63,135 nt of DNA, filler included, from Hausera hauseri (GCA_046269625.1; 10 parts of 10 records of this genome joined end to end with filler, not necessarily neighbours in it); one strand, 5' to 3'. Counted from the whole stretch's first letter, positions 37,512-51,223 are shown. Program-made: numbers and translations. Notes: a model not told the origin generated them from the letters alone.

Positions 37512-38339
37512 TCCTTTTGTTTATCTATATTTGGCACTTGTTTCATATTCCCATCTAGAAATTCGATACTTGTACTATGTTTTCTCGAAAAGTTTTGTAT
37601 GTACAAAATTTTCGGGGAAATCTAGAATAATTGCTGAGTTTGTAGGGGGGATACGACACAAGTACATTTTATTGTTTTAATTTTAATGTATCTCTGTTAT
37701 TATTTTAAATTGCATATGGGAATTTATATAAACTGCCTATTTTTCTGTCTGAATAATGAAAAAAAAAATGCATTATTTTCGCCAGACTATTTTATATTTA
37801 TTGATGGAGAACTGTTTTTGTTCAATCTTTTCAGCTATATCATAAATTTCGACAATATTTATTTATACATAGCGACTGAAACTTCAGAATTTTACAAATG
37901 TGCTGTCGCTATTCTAATATCGATTTAAAGTCGAACTAAAACCTACCCACTATTCATAAACTATTAATTTCTTTTGAATATCAGCGACGATGTTTGTGTT
38001 GGTCTGGTAAATGGCAAAGATTCAGAACTTTTTGGGGAAAATCTCATGATGATGATGATGATGATTTCGATTTTGATGATTTTTACCAGACGAAACCAAA
38101 CCATCGCGTGCGTTTTTCACCAACTTGCAATCGTCTGATCGTGAGGCGCTTATAATATGAAATGCTCAACTGCTTTTGGGCTATCTGCCGAAACAATTTC
38201 CACCNNNNNNNNNNNNNNNNNNNNNNNNNNNNNNNNNNNNNNNNNNNNTTAATTAATTAANNNNNNNNNNNNNNNNNNNNNNNNNNNNNNNNNNNNNNNN
38301 NNNNAGCTGGCTGTAAGCCTGCATCATTAAAGGGCTGCA

Positions 38340-38430
38340 GGGAGCCCGCAGGTGAACAGGAGAACACGTTGAGATCTGGAACCAGCACCCTCTGCTGTGA
38401 GGCAACAGCTGTCAAAGCCACTGTGTTAGA
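38340..38430 (-). mobile_element. Degenerate V-SINE-like head
   Basis: CAGTGG..TGTTGCCTCACAGCAGAGGGTGCTGGTTC..GTGTTCTCC resembles the tRNA-derived head and V domain of fish V-SINEs (from memory). Confidence 0.4.
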
Positions 38431-40109
38431 AAAATACTTTTAACTGATACAAGAAGAGAATAATGTATACTTTGGAAAAAATGGAATCAAATATTGTTTT
38501 TGTTTGTAAAATTGTTCGTGCATATCATGATGTCATCTGAGCTGCATGCTATGATAGAAAAACAGGTGAGGATAGTCTGTATAGGATTTCAAAACAAATG
38601 CAGCGAGCAACTCGTGTTCATTTGGCAGGAAACTGAGAATGAAATTAGCCACTTTCACCAAGAAGGACGTCCAGTTTGCTTTGGACCTGCCTTCTACAAA
38701 AATAACTCTAAGGTTCACACAGCCACAAGAAAAAGGGTCCAAGAGTTCATGCTATGTGAAGGTCAAGGAATGCCGTTTTTGATACAGTATGTGCTGGGAA
38801 TTACACTCTTCACGAGTGTCTGGTCATCAACTAACTAGACAGCAGAGCACTTACAGGTTAACGATGAGCCATGGTGCTGATTCAGAACTTATACTATTTA
38901 TACCTTTTTATCAAATGATCAAGTTTCCGTGCAAGCTGTTGCGTTGCCAGGATTTCCATAATTTGCATTTCCAATTTTAGCAATCCTAGGAGTGAAAAAA
39001 CCGCAGGCTAGATTATTTTAGGTTTTTCTTGACCTGTGACAGTTTTTTGTGATTTTACCATTACATTTCTGGGTCTAACCTCCTTTTCATTTCACCAGGG
39101 AGTCTACAGAAGTAACTGTTGTGTAACACTACAATTTTGGTGTTCAGTTTATTATCTCATTAACTGCCATTTTAACAGCTTTATTCCTTAGTTATTTCAT
39201 TGTTTCTAGCTACAGTTCTACAATGGGCGGTCCCAAGCCTGTCCTAATAAAGCAAAATGGATTGGGTTGAACCTGATTGTGAAATGCGTCTCAGAAAGTG
39301 GGTAAAACCATGAATCAGTCAGATAACCTGCATGAAGGGTGCAAGTGGGGCACACATGACATCAATCGAAAGTATTTAAGGTTAATCATCTGACTATCTG
39401 TCGGTTTGATTACAAAGAATGAAAGTAGACATTCTAACACACGGATGTGAGTCCAGGGCATTAACGTCATCTCATGAAAGTCAGCTGCAGACATCTTGAT
39501 TCTCGATTAGGAACCAGCATCATAGCACAAGGGACATTCCCATAAATTCTCCGCTCTTTGATCCAGCAGTAAACACAGCTGCAAACATCTGAAATGAGGT
39601 ACCCGAGGAAAGTCACAGACAAAATGAAAATGGATAAGATACAAAACCAAACCAAGAATATGCTGGACTGACAATATTGCAAAGGCTGTCAAAGGCCAAG
39701 GGCTAGAGTGGAATCAAGCCTGACTGGAAATTCTGGTGAGCCATCTGGGAGGCATCTTAAACTAAGCCATTGTCTTTGAAGGTAAGCCTACCTTTAAAAT
39801 CTGTACATTTGGAGCTAACTGTATGGAAAAGACATCTATCTTATGGAGTCCAGAGTAGGATTAGTCTTTCAGTAATCACGTAAAGAGGAGTCGCCAGACT
39901 CCTGTTCCTAAAAAGAGGAACAGTGTGCTATGAATAAAAGCCCTGAATGACTTATTGAGAACTTACCTGCTTCTGCTGTAGTTAATATTATATTATTAAG
40001 AGTTATGAGCTACACAGCTAGAGTGCCTTCAGCTTGGGATGTAAACAGTGTCGACCAAAACATCAACAAATAAGAGACTTAGAGGAACACCAGGTAAGAG
40101 GATAATAAG

Positions 40110-40418
40110 ATCTTTATTTAACCAGGGTTGAGAAATAGGCAGTATTGCCTGTTTCATTTCTGCCCTGGGGGTCGATTTTTCCTAGAATTTTTCCCGGACA
40201 GCGGCCATTAGGCTTACTCTTTTTCGATTTTCAACTGCTAAGGGATTTTTAACGTGCACGACAATGTACACAGACGTCCAATCTCACTATCCAGAGATCA
40301 GGGGAATTTTAAACTAGAAGATCCAGGATAAAAAATCCCACGTGGTTCCACCGGGATTTGAACCCTGTACCTCTAGCCCTCAAGGCGGACGTCTTACCTC
40401 GAGACCACTGAGCCCCCC
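40110..40418 (-). mobile_element. tRNA-derived SINE with Nin/Deu-domain-like core
   Basis: Minus-strand head with A box TCAGTGGTCTCGAGG and B box GGTTCAAATCC (40344-40418); GGATTTTTAACGTGCAC (about 40243-40259) resembles the Nin-domain core. Confidence 0.7.
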
Positions 40419-40659
40419 GCTGAGAATCATAGACAGTGCTTGTAAAGAAATAGAAATAACGACTAAATGGGTTTATTCACGTGCAGAATTTCGTATCAGA
40501 CCAAGGGTAGCAACCAGGTTGAGAAGCCATAGAGGTCTCATCTTAAGAAGGTCGAGTGGTGAACTACTGAACTCAGATATTTGAACTTTCTTTGTATATG
40601 TGCTTTTGTATCAGTCATTTGACGTAAATCGCGATTTTGCTGTGTTATGAAGAATTGTT

Positions 40660-42470
40660 GTCTTCTATCCTGTACACTTCTATCCCTCACTCAGATGGCC
40701 TCCGGACGGTCACTTTATTCCTTGACCGGGGGTCCCACCACACTATTGCCACTACAACCCTCGTCCGCCCGACTGAATTGGTCTTGACCCTGAACTCTTT
40801 CGAGTTCAACTGCCAGTTCTTTGACCAAATCAGTGGAGTAGCTATGGGGACTAAGATGGGGACTCCCCATATTGATCCTGAATCAGTCAACTTCCTTGAC
40901 ATCACTATCTCTATTCGAGCCTCCCTGATTACCACTTCTGTCTTTTACAAGCCCACGGATGCCCACAGTTACCTCCTGTACAACTCATCCCATCCTCGCC
41001 CCTGCGTCAACTCTCTCCCCTACTCTCAACTATTACGCCTTCGCCGACTATGCCAGGATGATGGGGATTTCCTCCAGCATGCTCAGGACATGTTAGACTT
41101 CTTCCGTAGAAGACTATATCCGGAAAAAGTTCTGACATCCGCCCTCCAACGTGTTCGCCGGATCTCTAGAGCCACAGCCCTCACATCCAGGCCCGTCAGC
41201 TCCTCTGATAGGGTTAAACTTGTTCTCACTTTCCACCCCCACAGCGCCTCTGTTAAACGGATTCTTTTCCGTCATCTCCCCCTTCTCCTCTCTGACCCCG
41301 AGACCCGGGAAGTTTTTCGTGATATGCCTCTCGTTGCCTATCGACGTGACCGTAACCTAAGAGACCTCCTTGTTCATAGCCGTCTCCGTACGACCAGTGG
41401 CGTCCCCCTTGGCACTTCACCGTGCGGGGAACCTCAATGCCACACCTGTCCCTATGTCCTCCAGACGGACTCGGTGCAGTTCCCCAACGGAACTTACACT
41501 ATACGGCACCGCTTTACCTGTTTGTCTCGGAATGTCATATACGCGCTTGTTTGTAGATCCTGCCCCATGCGTTACATAGGCGAAACTGGTAGGACTTTGA
41601 AAGAACGCTTTCGAGAACATTGGTTGAACATTGATCGGCGCAAAACCTCCATTATTGTGGATCACTTCAATGGCCCTAACCACTCTGGGGTCCGCGACAT
41701 CATGATAACTGCCATTCATTCATGCACCGCAAATACCAGGGCACGTCGATCTTCTGAGAATCACCTTATTTCGTTTCAACACGATCGTTCCACAGGGTCT
41801 GAACACGAATCTTTCAATCCTGTAACTCTGAGCCTCTCACTTCTTTGTCTCCCCTCTTCTCTACTGTCCTCACGGCTTCCCCATTCACCCTGTTCGGTTT
41901 TCTCTGCCCCCTCTCTCCTTCTTTCCCCCACCAAACCCCTCTTTACCTGCTCTCGTCTTCTGGTAATTTTCCATTCTACCTCTGTGCCGGCCTGTTTTCA
42001 CACCCCTTCTTCCCACGTGTTTCCCCCTTCTGTCCACAATCCATGCCTTGACCCTCGCACGCCTCATTGCGTCTCAATCTCTTGCAATCTCTTAACCAGC
42101 CGTGGAGCGTTCATTTCTATTGGACACATTCATCAGTTCAGCTAAGTCTATTGTTTTATATTTTTATTTGTGCCACTACCATTTTTCTCTTCATTCTTAT
42201 TCTTACTTATTACCATTATTACTGTTATTGCTCTTTCCTTCCTAGTATCTTCTGTTTCAGTCACTCGTCCATTGTTCTGTCCTTTATTCCAGTTGTACTA
42301 CTATCTCCCCCCACTAACTTCTTCTCACCATGTAAGTCGACTCTTCTTTCTCTCTCTCGATGTAGTTGTACCTGTTATCGTTCGTCGCGTCCTATATGCT
42401 TGTATACCTGATGAAGACCTTGTGGTCGTAACGTAGTGCTTGTTCTTTGTCTACTGGTAAGACCCTATAA
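40660..42470 (+). mobile_element. Penelope-like element, internally deleted (RT remnants + GIY-YIG endonuclease)
   Basis: LYTSIPH, QISGVAMGTKMG, FLDITI..YKPTD.HSYL..SSHP, NVIYALVCRSCPMRYIGETGRTLKERFREH. Confidence 0.92.
42405..42438 (+). ncRNA. Minimal type I hammerhead ribozyme motif of the Penelope terminal repeat (core variant GUAA)
   Basis: UAC-CUGAUGA-A-GACC(UUGU)GGUC-GUAA-CG-UA-GUG; GAAA is replaced by GUAA. Confidence 0.7.
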
Positions 42471-42601
42471 CCCCTTTTTGTTTTTTTTTCACACCCATTT
42501 TNNNNNNNNNNNNNNNNNNNNNNNNNNNNNNNNNNNNNNNNNNNNTTAATTAATTAANNNNNNNNNNNNNNNNNNNNNNNNNNNNNNNNNNNNNNNNNNN
42601 N

Positions 42602-43073
42602 CAATAACGGGTTACTTTGTTCAGCGTTCTCCACCGTAGCACTGAAATTGAAAAACGAATTAATCCCATTAACATTTATTGTAACCATTTAAAAAATTAT
42701 TGAAAATTTCGTTCTTTGTTATTGTGCATTTAAAACAAAGTCTATTACATCATAAAATCAGAAAGTTAATATAATCCGGCTTTTATCCAGGAACCCGCAT
42801 CAGTTGGTTAGTGCAATAATTTTTATATTATTAATCGGCATTATTAAACATAAGCAAAATTACATAAGTTTGTACATATATTGCGGTGAGAAATCATTGT
42901 GAACAAAAGAAAATTTCTAACACAAAATAACGACATAAAATATGTTACAAACTATACACAAACAAATAATTTACAACTGTTTCATAAAATTATGTACATG
43001 ACCTTTACGTGAGAAAACGCAGAGAAAAAGGAAAATGACAGGGGAAAAAGGGGAGCTTGGGAGGGACACTACA
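42602..43073 (-). repeat. Start of the 3' LTR of family A copy 5
   Basis: TGTAGTG at 43073 after PPT GAGGGGGTAT on the minus strand. Confidence 0.6.
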
Positions 43074-46000
43074 ATACCCCCTCACCACCCGTGGCTGAGT
43101 TGAAAACTGTAATGAAAAGATTGAAAGAAAATCCCGAGAAAAAACAGTATATTTTGTCTAATAAATTTTTGTGCGTACAAGACGTTGTACTCCTTCGTTA
43201 TTTAGTTGTCTACTAGAGGCACTGAAAGTAACTGATTTGCGATGTACCTTCACTGTAGTGTCTGAGCGCTGGTAGGGTTCAGCAAAAAAAACATTAGTTT
43301 TAGTATGATTGGGTGTTGTGTCTGGAGAGGGTAGTACAGAAGATGGAGAAGAGGTGATTGTACGTAAATTATTCCACTTTTCTTCAATAGTTTTTGAAGG
43401 TAATAAGTTGAGAGGGGAAGTAAAAATAAGCGAAGATATAGGAATAGGGTGTGGAGCAGAAGTAGTGATAAAATTAGGAGAGGAAAATGCGGAAATTGGG
43501 GCAGAAATGGGATTGGGAGGTAACGATGTAGGCATAGAAACGGGGAAAGCGAAATGATGTGTGATAGACTGGGTAATTGAAGTCGGGGGAGAGTTGGATA
43601 CAGGAGTGAGGAATAAGGTTGATGTTTCGATTGGTGAGGTATCGTTGATGTAAAAGGCGGGTTTTAAATTAGTAATATTCACTACAACTTCTTTTCCGTC
43701 TTTGATGATAATAGCCTTGTGCGAATGCAGCTTCACTAATTTATAGGGTCCTAAGTACTGTGGATGTAAACCACAAGGTGCTTAATTTCTTAACCATACA
43801 ATCTTTACCGAATATAAGTCTTCTGGTATATAAGATTTGTCATTATGTAAGAGCCTGCAGAACAAATTCTTGCTCATTGTAACGAAGTGATTCTGTGCTG
43901 CTCGTATCCTCTTGTCTGTAGGAGTCTCTTCAAGAGCGGTTAGTTCTAATAGTGACCTACAGGGGTTCCAAATAGACCTTCCGTTGGTGCGCACCCTGTA
44001 GAAGTAGACGGAGTGTTCCGCCATCCAAGCAGAACGATTGGGAGAAGAGCAGTCCAATTGGTTTTGGACTGTGCAAGGATTATAAGTGATGTTTTCAATA
44101 TTCGGTGGAAACGCTCATGAAGGCCATTTGATTGTGGATTGTAAGGCGTTGTATGAATGTGACTTATTCCCAATTGATTGACTAGGGATTTGAACAGATT
44201 TGATTTAAATTGAGGACCTTGGTCTGAGATGATATAATGAGGAGACCCGAACCTACTAATCCACGTACAAATGAAAGTATCGGCTGTTGTGTCAGTGTTT
44301 GTGCTTCGCAGTCAGATGGCTTCCGGTCATCGTGAGGAACGGTCCATCATGGTCAGTATAAATTGGTGGTCGTTGTCTATTGGGCGAGGACCGACGATAT
44401 CAGTATGTATTGTTTCGAAACATGATGTGCAGGGGAAGTGGTATAATGGTGGTTTTAAATATTTTATAGTTTTATATTTCTGACAAGCCACGCACGCTTT
44501 AACCCATGCTTGCACATCGGAGCGCATGGACTGCCAAACTACCTGGCGTTGAAGTAAGCGAAAAGTTGCCTTGTCACCAGGATGATGTAATGAATGTGCA
44601 CTATCAAATGCTTTCTTCTGTAAAGATAGGGCAAAAATTATTTTGGATTGTCCTAATTTGGAAGTATCTAAGGCCACGCCATCAACGATGTGGTGAGACT
44701 TGAACGACTTGAAAATATCTTGAGATGGCTGATTTTCTTGAAGTTTTGTCTGAGTAAAAGTTGGTGAAAAATTGATTGATACGACTGATGTACCTAGAAA
44801 ATCGGCAACTAGATTGTCAACACCGTCAATGTGTTTAATGTCGAAGTTAAACGTGGATGAATATGAAATTTGTGGTTTTTGTCGATTTAAAGGGTGTTTC
44901 ATTGTCATTGTACTAATCAGCGGTTTGTGATTAGTCTGTATGACAAATGACGAGCTGTATGTAAATGGGAAAAATGTCTTAAAGCAAGAACGATTGCCAG
45001 CAGTTCCCAATCGAAAGTTGAATATCTAGTTTCGGGCAGCATTAATTTTCGGGAAAAGAATTTTAGGGGCTGATTTTCGCCTTTATACAGCTGTTGCAGT
45101 ACGGCGCCTACTGCGATGTTTGATGCATCTGTGGTCAAAATTAGCTCAGCGTCAGGCTTAGTAAATGCTAGTATTTCAACAGTCTTTAGTCCTACGCGTA
45201 GCCTATCAAATATATTAACCAGTTGTGGTGTTCACTGGATATTTTGGTGTTTTTTTCCTCAACTTAAGTGTACAAAAGGTGGTGTGAGTCTCGAACAATA
45301 TGGAATATATTTGTGGATGAAATGCAAGGTACCAAGAAAACTGAGCATTTCTGTGGTTGTCCTAGGTAGTTGGACGGTTTTAATAGTCTTAGCCCGATAA
45401 GGCTGTGGTGAATGGCTATTTGATGAGATAATATATCCAAGAAAATTTACGCGTTTTTGGAAGAAGTTACACTTTGCAAAATTGATCTGTAGGTTAAACT
45501 GATTAAGTCATTTGAAGATAGATCGTAACTGTTCCTCGTGTTTTTTAACAGAAGAAGAAGCAACCATGTTATCGTCAATATATTGATGCGCAAAAAGGAA
45601 GTCTGAAAGGTTTGAGTCGACATGTCGATGAAAAGTCTGCGCAGCATTCCGGAGACCGAAAGGCATGTACAAGTACTAATAAAGATCAAAAGGTGTGGTA
45701 ACTGCAATTTTCTCTATGACTTCCGGTGCGACATTAATTTGGTGGTAAGCTTTGGCTAAATCGATGGTCGAATAAACTGAAGTAGTTTTAATCCGATGTA
45801 ATACGTCTTTGATTAATGGTAGTGGATATGCATCCATTATGGTTAAAGTATTAAGTTGGCGGTAATCGCCGCAAGGTCGGAAGTATCCATCTTTTTTGTG
45901 CAACGTGGAGAGGCGAACACCATTTGGATTCATATTTACAGACAATACCTGATTGTTCGAGTTCAAAAAATTTCGCCACTACTGCCTGCATGCGACGCAG

Positions 46001-46933
46001 TGACAATGGGCGGACCTTTTGTCGAATTGGTCTTTGGTGTCGTGTAATCATATGGTTGTAAATGCCGTTTACAGGGGTGAAATTCCTATCTTTCTGAAGT
46101 ATACGAGGACAAGAAGTATTGGTAAATTGTTGTAAGCTTACGGGTAGTTGCAGGAATATTGGGAATGACGATGAACCAAGATTGCTAGAAGTACTTGGTG
46201 AATGTTGGTTTATTGTTGGTGGGAAATCGAGTGGAGTTTGATGTAGAATGGTCGTATCTGAGACCTTATTTTAGTAAGTGTTGATTTTCAATGATTTTCC
46301 TGAAGAAACAAAATCAGGAGTGACGATATTGAGCTGTGATTGACTATCAAAATTGTCCTTTGACAGCTTGCGAGGTAAAGCATGATAGTTAAGAGAATTA
46401 GTAACAGGTATTGATTGTTTTAAGATTGATTGTCTACTTACCGCTGGCTGTACTGTCGTCGGGTGTGCTACCTATTTCTGCATTACACTATTCAGGTGTA
46501 TTTGATTTCAGGCATCGTTGGTTACAATCGACTAGCAAGTTATAGTGTGACAGGAAATCGGAGCCAGGTATTGCCGTCTGGACGTTAGCGACTATGAAGG
46601 TCCAATGGAATGGTGAGGAAAATTTTGGGAGAGTGAAAGATAATTTTCAAGTTCCGGCAATATGAAATGGTTGACCGGAGGAGGTGTATAATGGTTTTGT
46701 TTTAAGTGAAGAATGCTGAACCGGAAAAGAAAGTGGTAGTAATGAGATCGCTGCACCGGTATCAATGAGAAAGTCTATGGATTGACTGTTATAAGTAGAG
46801 ATAGCAGCTTTTAGTGTAAAAACTGCAAAAGAAGTGTGTTAGCAAGAAGAATTGGGTAAGTTGCCTTTGGCAGATTCTGCCGTAAATACCGACGGCGAAA
46901 TCAGTTTTTTGGATTGGTGAATTGGGATGTTTA
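43074..46933 (-). mobile_element. Ty3/Gypsy family A copy 5 (end of gag to PPT; degraded)
   Basis: FLIDTGAA, RPCGDYRQLN, TTDASN..FFSRKL, CVACQKYK, Ser/Thr/Pro tail. Confidence 0.93.
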
Positions 46934-47776
46934 NNNNNNNNNNNNNNNNNNNNNNNNNNNNNNNNNNNNNNNNNNNNTTAATTAATTAANNNNNNNNNNN
47001 NNNNNNNNNNNNNNNNNNNNNNNNNNNNNNNNNTCTACTTACAACTTTATCAGTAACACAGCATCTTTATAAAATTTAATTACAAAAATATAAAATTTTA
47101 TAATTAAAATTTGACCTTGCAAACATACATACGTCATTCGCAATTTTTTGAGAAATAAGTATTTATTGTTGCAATCATCTTGCTTACATTTACTTTTTTT
47201 GCTCTTTTATATATATATATATATCTTTTCGTATGTATTTTCGTATTCGTCTAGTTTTATGTCAAATTTACGCCCCAAGTAGAGGATGAAATCGTAGTCT
47301 CCGGCGTCAGTTGCGTTCTTAATCCTTTCATCTATGAATTTAGGTTTGATATCCCATTTTTCAATGAGATAGTGCCAAATGCGTGGCCAATTTTCGTACT
47401 CTGTATAGTCTGCATGAGAAAACATTGCATTGAGATCGGTTTTGAGCTCTGTCAGCATCATTTTGCAATGTATGAATGTTAGAAAGCCTCAACACCGTTC
47501 TTCATTTCATTTTCAATGTCTTTAAGGACCAGGTCTACTAGGACAACCTTCTTATCACGTAGCTTATCAAGGAGTTTCTGGTCTAGGTACATGTGCTTGA
47601 GGATAAATAATATCGCATGCGTATCCGCCTCAGATATAGCAGAGTCCAATAACGCTTCCATTGTGCTTACTTAGCTTATGCGTAATATTGTTAATCTTTA
47701 ATACGGCACCGCGCGCCAGTGGTTCTAAGAATATGGCGGGGGTGCACTTGGCAACTCATGTTCCGTGAGATAATCT

Positions 47777-48451
47777 TCAGGATCTGAAGCACAGTCCCCA
47801 CTGACCACGGGACGTGAATGAGCAGCCGCAGCTCAGTGAGAAGTGAAAGTGGCCATGTGTTTTGCGAACTCGGTGCGAATTTCCTCCCGGCCCCGCTCCA
47901 TCCACTCCTTTTTGTGACACCTCATCAGCCGGTTTCCCGGAGCGCCTCTTAGACTGCATTTCATCCTTCATGGTCTGGTACCGATCTATCTCATCCGATA
48001 TGAGTTTGAACTCCTCAGCCGAGATTTTGCCATTGACCAACGCCTTTGATATCATTTGGTGGACCGAGGTCAGATTGGTTCTAGCCAACATCTCAACCGC
48101 GGTATGCTTAGCGGCCTTAGCTGTGCACTTGCTTGCAACTAAACCACAGGCCAAGTCTACAACAAAGGCCCCAGCCCCCAGGGCTGCCAGCACAATTCCA
48201 GGAAGCGCTCCATTTCCACTTCCCAGCAGCGCCAGCCAAGTGGCCTCCATTCCGAGGCCTAGAACCCTAACTCCAGTATTCACCCCTTGGGCAACTTTGA
48301 CAACGAGCCGATACTTCTTCTGTATTTTCCGTCGCTCCTCTGCTTCTTTTGCTAGGAAAGCATCTATCTCTGCGACACGATGGAGGTGAAAGCCGTCACT
48401 GGGGAGCCCCGACGCAACACCGTCAGGTGTTAATACAGGATAAAGAGGCAT
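47777..48451 (-). CDS. Conserved hypothetical protein with central hydrophobic hairpin (Maverick-like element)
   Basis: F.LHRVAEID.FL..E...R..IQKKY; hydrophobic GALPGIVLAALGAGAFVV; KH..V.MLA...L.SV...ISKAL.NG.IS.EEF.LI.DE..RY..MK. Confidence 0.6.
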   Translation of the reverse strand: MPLYPVLTPDGVASGLPSDGFHLHRVAEIDAFLAKEAEERRKIQKKYRLVVKVAQGVNTGVRVLGLGMEATWLALLGSGNGALPGIVLAALGAGAFVVDLACGLVASKCTAKAAKHTAVEMLARTNLTSVHQMISKALVNGKISAEEFKLISDEIDRYQTMKDEMQSKRRSGKPADEVSQKGVDGAGPGGNSHRVRKTHGHFHFSLSCGCSFTSRGQWGLCFRS

Positions 48452-49280
48452 ATGTCGAAACGGCAAGAAGGTAACTAAGAAGTATTCTCTAATTTTTCAA
48501 TTGCGAAATGAGTTGCTCGATTCGGTGCTTGCTGACCGGGCTGCAGGAGAACAAAAGCTGGACGAAGACAAAGGATAAGCCAAAGCTGATCTCGTCAACG
48601 CCGACTTCTTTGAGCTCCGCGATAACATCCTGCTCTGACGCGCGCGCCGCCCACTTCCAATCGGCTCCAGAGGTTACAACCAGCGCGATATGCCTACCTG
48701 ACTTCGCATCGGCAGCTGCGGCCCACTTGATGGAGACCCCGGGGAGGACAGGCTTAGGCTCCGTTTGTGCTGCTGGCGGAATGAAGAGTTCGATATAGAT
48801 AGTAGACCCTGGCGGAGGCTTTACAAGGTGAGCAAGGTCGGTATCAAACTCGGTTGCAGCTTTCATTCAGTATTTGACATTTGCTTTCATCTCTATCGCC
48901 CCCACCCCATAAATGAGAGCCTTGGGACTTTGAACTTTGAGAAAGCTCTGGGTAGTGGTAACTGGGGGTTGAGACCCCCGAACGATTGATTTGCATGCCT
49001 GATAACTCACGAGAAGCTTGCCTTGGTTCTCAAACCGGACAAGCATATGGTTGTGCTTGATGTACGTGAAACCACGACGGAGCTCGAGCTGGACGTCCCA
49101 GTCATCATCATCTGGGTGGTCGACAGGGGCTCGAGAGTAGTAGCCTTTAGAGTCCAAGCGGAGCCCGTATATCTTGTGGACGTCGCCAGGCTCTCTGAAC
49201 CCGACCGTATCACCGAGATCAGCGAGCGTTAGAGTGCTACATATGTGATGCGCGTGCCGCCCGGGCCCTTCTTGGTCTAC

Positions 49281-49937
49281 CATAGTAGTTGTTTGTTAGC
49301 ACGTCGAACCTCGAGAGTAAGACTGAGGTAGGCGAGTGGCAATTTATCACCCTCTACAGTAAGGGAAGAGACTTCAATTTGAGACAATGTCCCACTCTCC
49401 AGGCGTTTAAATGGGGCGTCGCGAATGTGAGGTGCCGCCCATCGTTGCATTTCTCCTGCCCAACTGGAATCGCTCTCAGAAGCGTCGATGGAAAACTATT
49501 GTGCCGGTTCTCGTACGTTGACAGCCCCGCTAGGTGAATGTAGATTTCCTTGTATACAGCGAGGCGAGGGAATTCAGACGCGGTAAAACGATCGCCCTTT
49601 CGATCGGTTTGTTTGAAGTTGTTAAACCCGAGAAGGGAACCTAGCCGGCCCAAATCTAGTGGCTTTGATAGGCTGCTTATGGAGACAAGCCCGGTTGCTG
49701 GGCTAAGTCTTAGAGTCAACCCGAGAGGGGTAAAAATCTCTTCGTTAAGCGCACAAACGTCCCAATAGCCATCAGGGATTTTAACCACCCACCCACCAGC
49801 ACTTCTGATATGTTTAGCCATGCGGGGTAGTAAAGGATCTCGCTGAGGGACACTTCCTTGTTTCTATCGCGATTGTCCAAGACCGGGTTGAGGGGGATGG
49901 GCATCCCATATTGGACGTTCGACAGTGTGATGAACAT
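49281..49937 (-). pseudogene. Minor capsid (penton)-like protein, frameshifted
   Basis: VSLSEILYYPAWLNISE, IPDGYW, LGSLLGF, IYIHL..STLLRAIP and F.RLESGTLSQIEV..SLTLEVR follow the Polinton penton pattern. Confidence 0.65.
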
Positions 49938-49970
49938 AGCCGTTGCGAAGCAATTCACGGAACGTGGATC

Positions 49971-51223
49971 ATGAACCAGCAAGCCTTTTCCTTCAACAAG
50001 GACACCGCGTACAAAGCCGGTGCCTTTCATGAGCCCCACGTGCCGGCAAAACTTGCAGTTGCGGGCCCTCTTAACATTGTAGTTAGCAACTCGATAATTA
50101 CCGACTCCTCCTTTCCACCAGCTTTCACAGCGAGAGTCCCCGACATCTTTTCCTCCTACAAGCTACCGAAGATCTCCAACAACCATATTGTGGATCTCTG
50201 GAGGTCCCAGCCGATGGGGTTTTTTTCAAAACCAGCTCAATTTCGCCGTATGGGCTGCCTCGACCGGATGCGGCGATTCAGCTACCCACCTGTCAACCCC
50301 GAAAGCGCGGCTCTACCGTCACAATCCACCTGGAGTGCTTATGAGAACCCATACGACAACACCGCATATATGCGTCTATGCCAAGAGTTCGGAGTCGACC
50401 CCCACACCGATTGGCGGCGGAAGTGGCTGCCTAACAATGGGCTGGGGGCGGTATACACTAACGGTCATCGTATAGGCGACAGTTGGTACTACCCCAACCA
50501 CGTGTTCGGATGGACCGGAAGGGGGGGGGGGGACGAACATTTGGCACGACCCTTACGCAAGCTCGGGTTGGTTTAAGGAGAGCTTTACAGAACCATGGGG
50601 AGACACTACAGTTCATGCAGACTATATCGAGCAGGACGACAACGTCGCAGCGTGGACCACCTTCATCCTAGACACAAGCGGAGGTTATATGCAGCCAGGA
50701 GTTGTCAGACTGAACGACAGCATTCGGACATACGTCTGGGCCATTCTCGCCGCCCAAGGGCAAACAAGGACTACGATCCTAGGCAGTGGCACAGCATTCG
50801 ACACCCAAAAGCAATTTCTAGCCAACCTCGAAGACGCGATCGCGACATCACATCGGCGATCGGTCGATACCAGGATGTACTCCGATACGCCGGAAGCAAA
50901 GTGGATTATGTATTTAGCATAGGTCTTTACATGCCCCCCAGCAACATGCTCCTTCGTATAGGGTGAATAGAAGGCTACAACACTGAGGTCGTCATCGCAT
51001 CGGACGGCATGGAGATCGGCTCCAACAACCACGTAAACACTACCCCTGTGCCGCCGGCTGCGCCTTATACTGGGAACCTTCGAACGCGCCAGCAAAGCTT
51101 GTTTTACCCACAACTGCACCCCACGAGAAAATAGCCGCGGACCAGCACGCGGGCGAGAAAACGGCTTTGATTGTAGGGATCGTCGCTGTGGGTCTAGTCC
51201 TTCTTTCTTTTAGAGGTCGCTAG
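49971..51223 (+). pseudogene. About 400-aa conserved hypothetical protein with C-terminal transmembrane anchor, frameshifted
   Basis: Across frames: QNQLNFAVWAASTGCG, NPYD..AY.RLCQEFGV, RLNDSIRTYVWAILAAQ, FDTQKQFLANLEDAI, RYQDVL.YA.SKVD, EKTALIVGIVAVGLVLL. Confidence 0.6.

Noticed and set aside
40344-40418. Functional tRNA gene
   Set aside because: A and B boxes are present but the cloverleaf is imperfect and the sequence continues into a SINE body.
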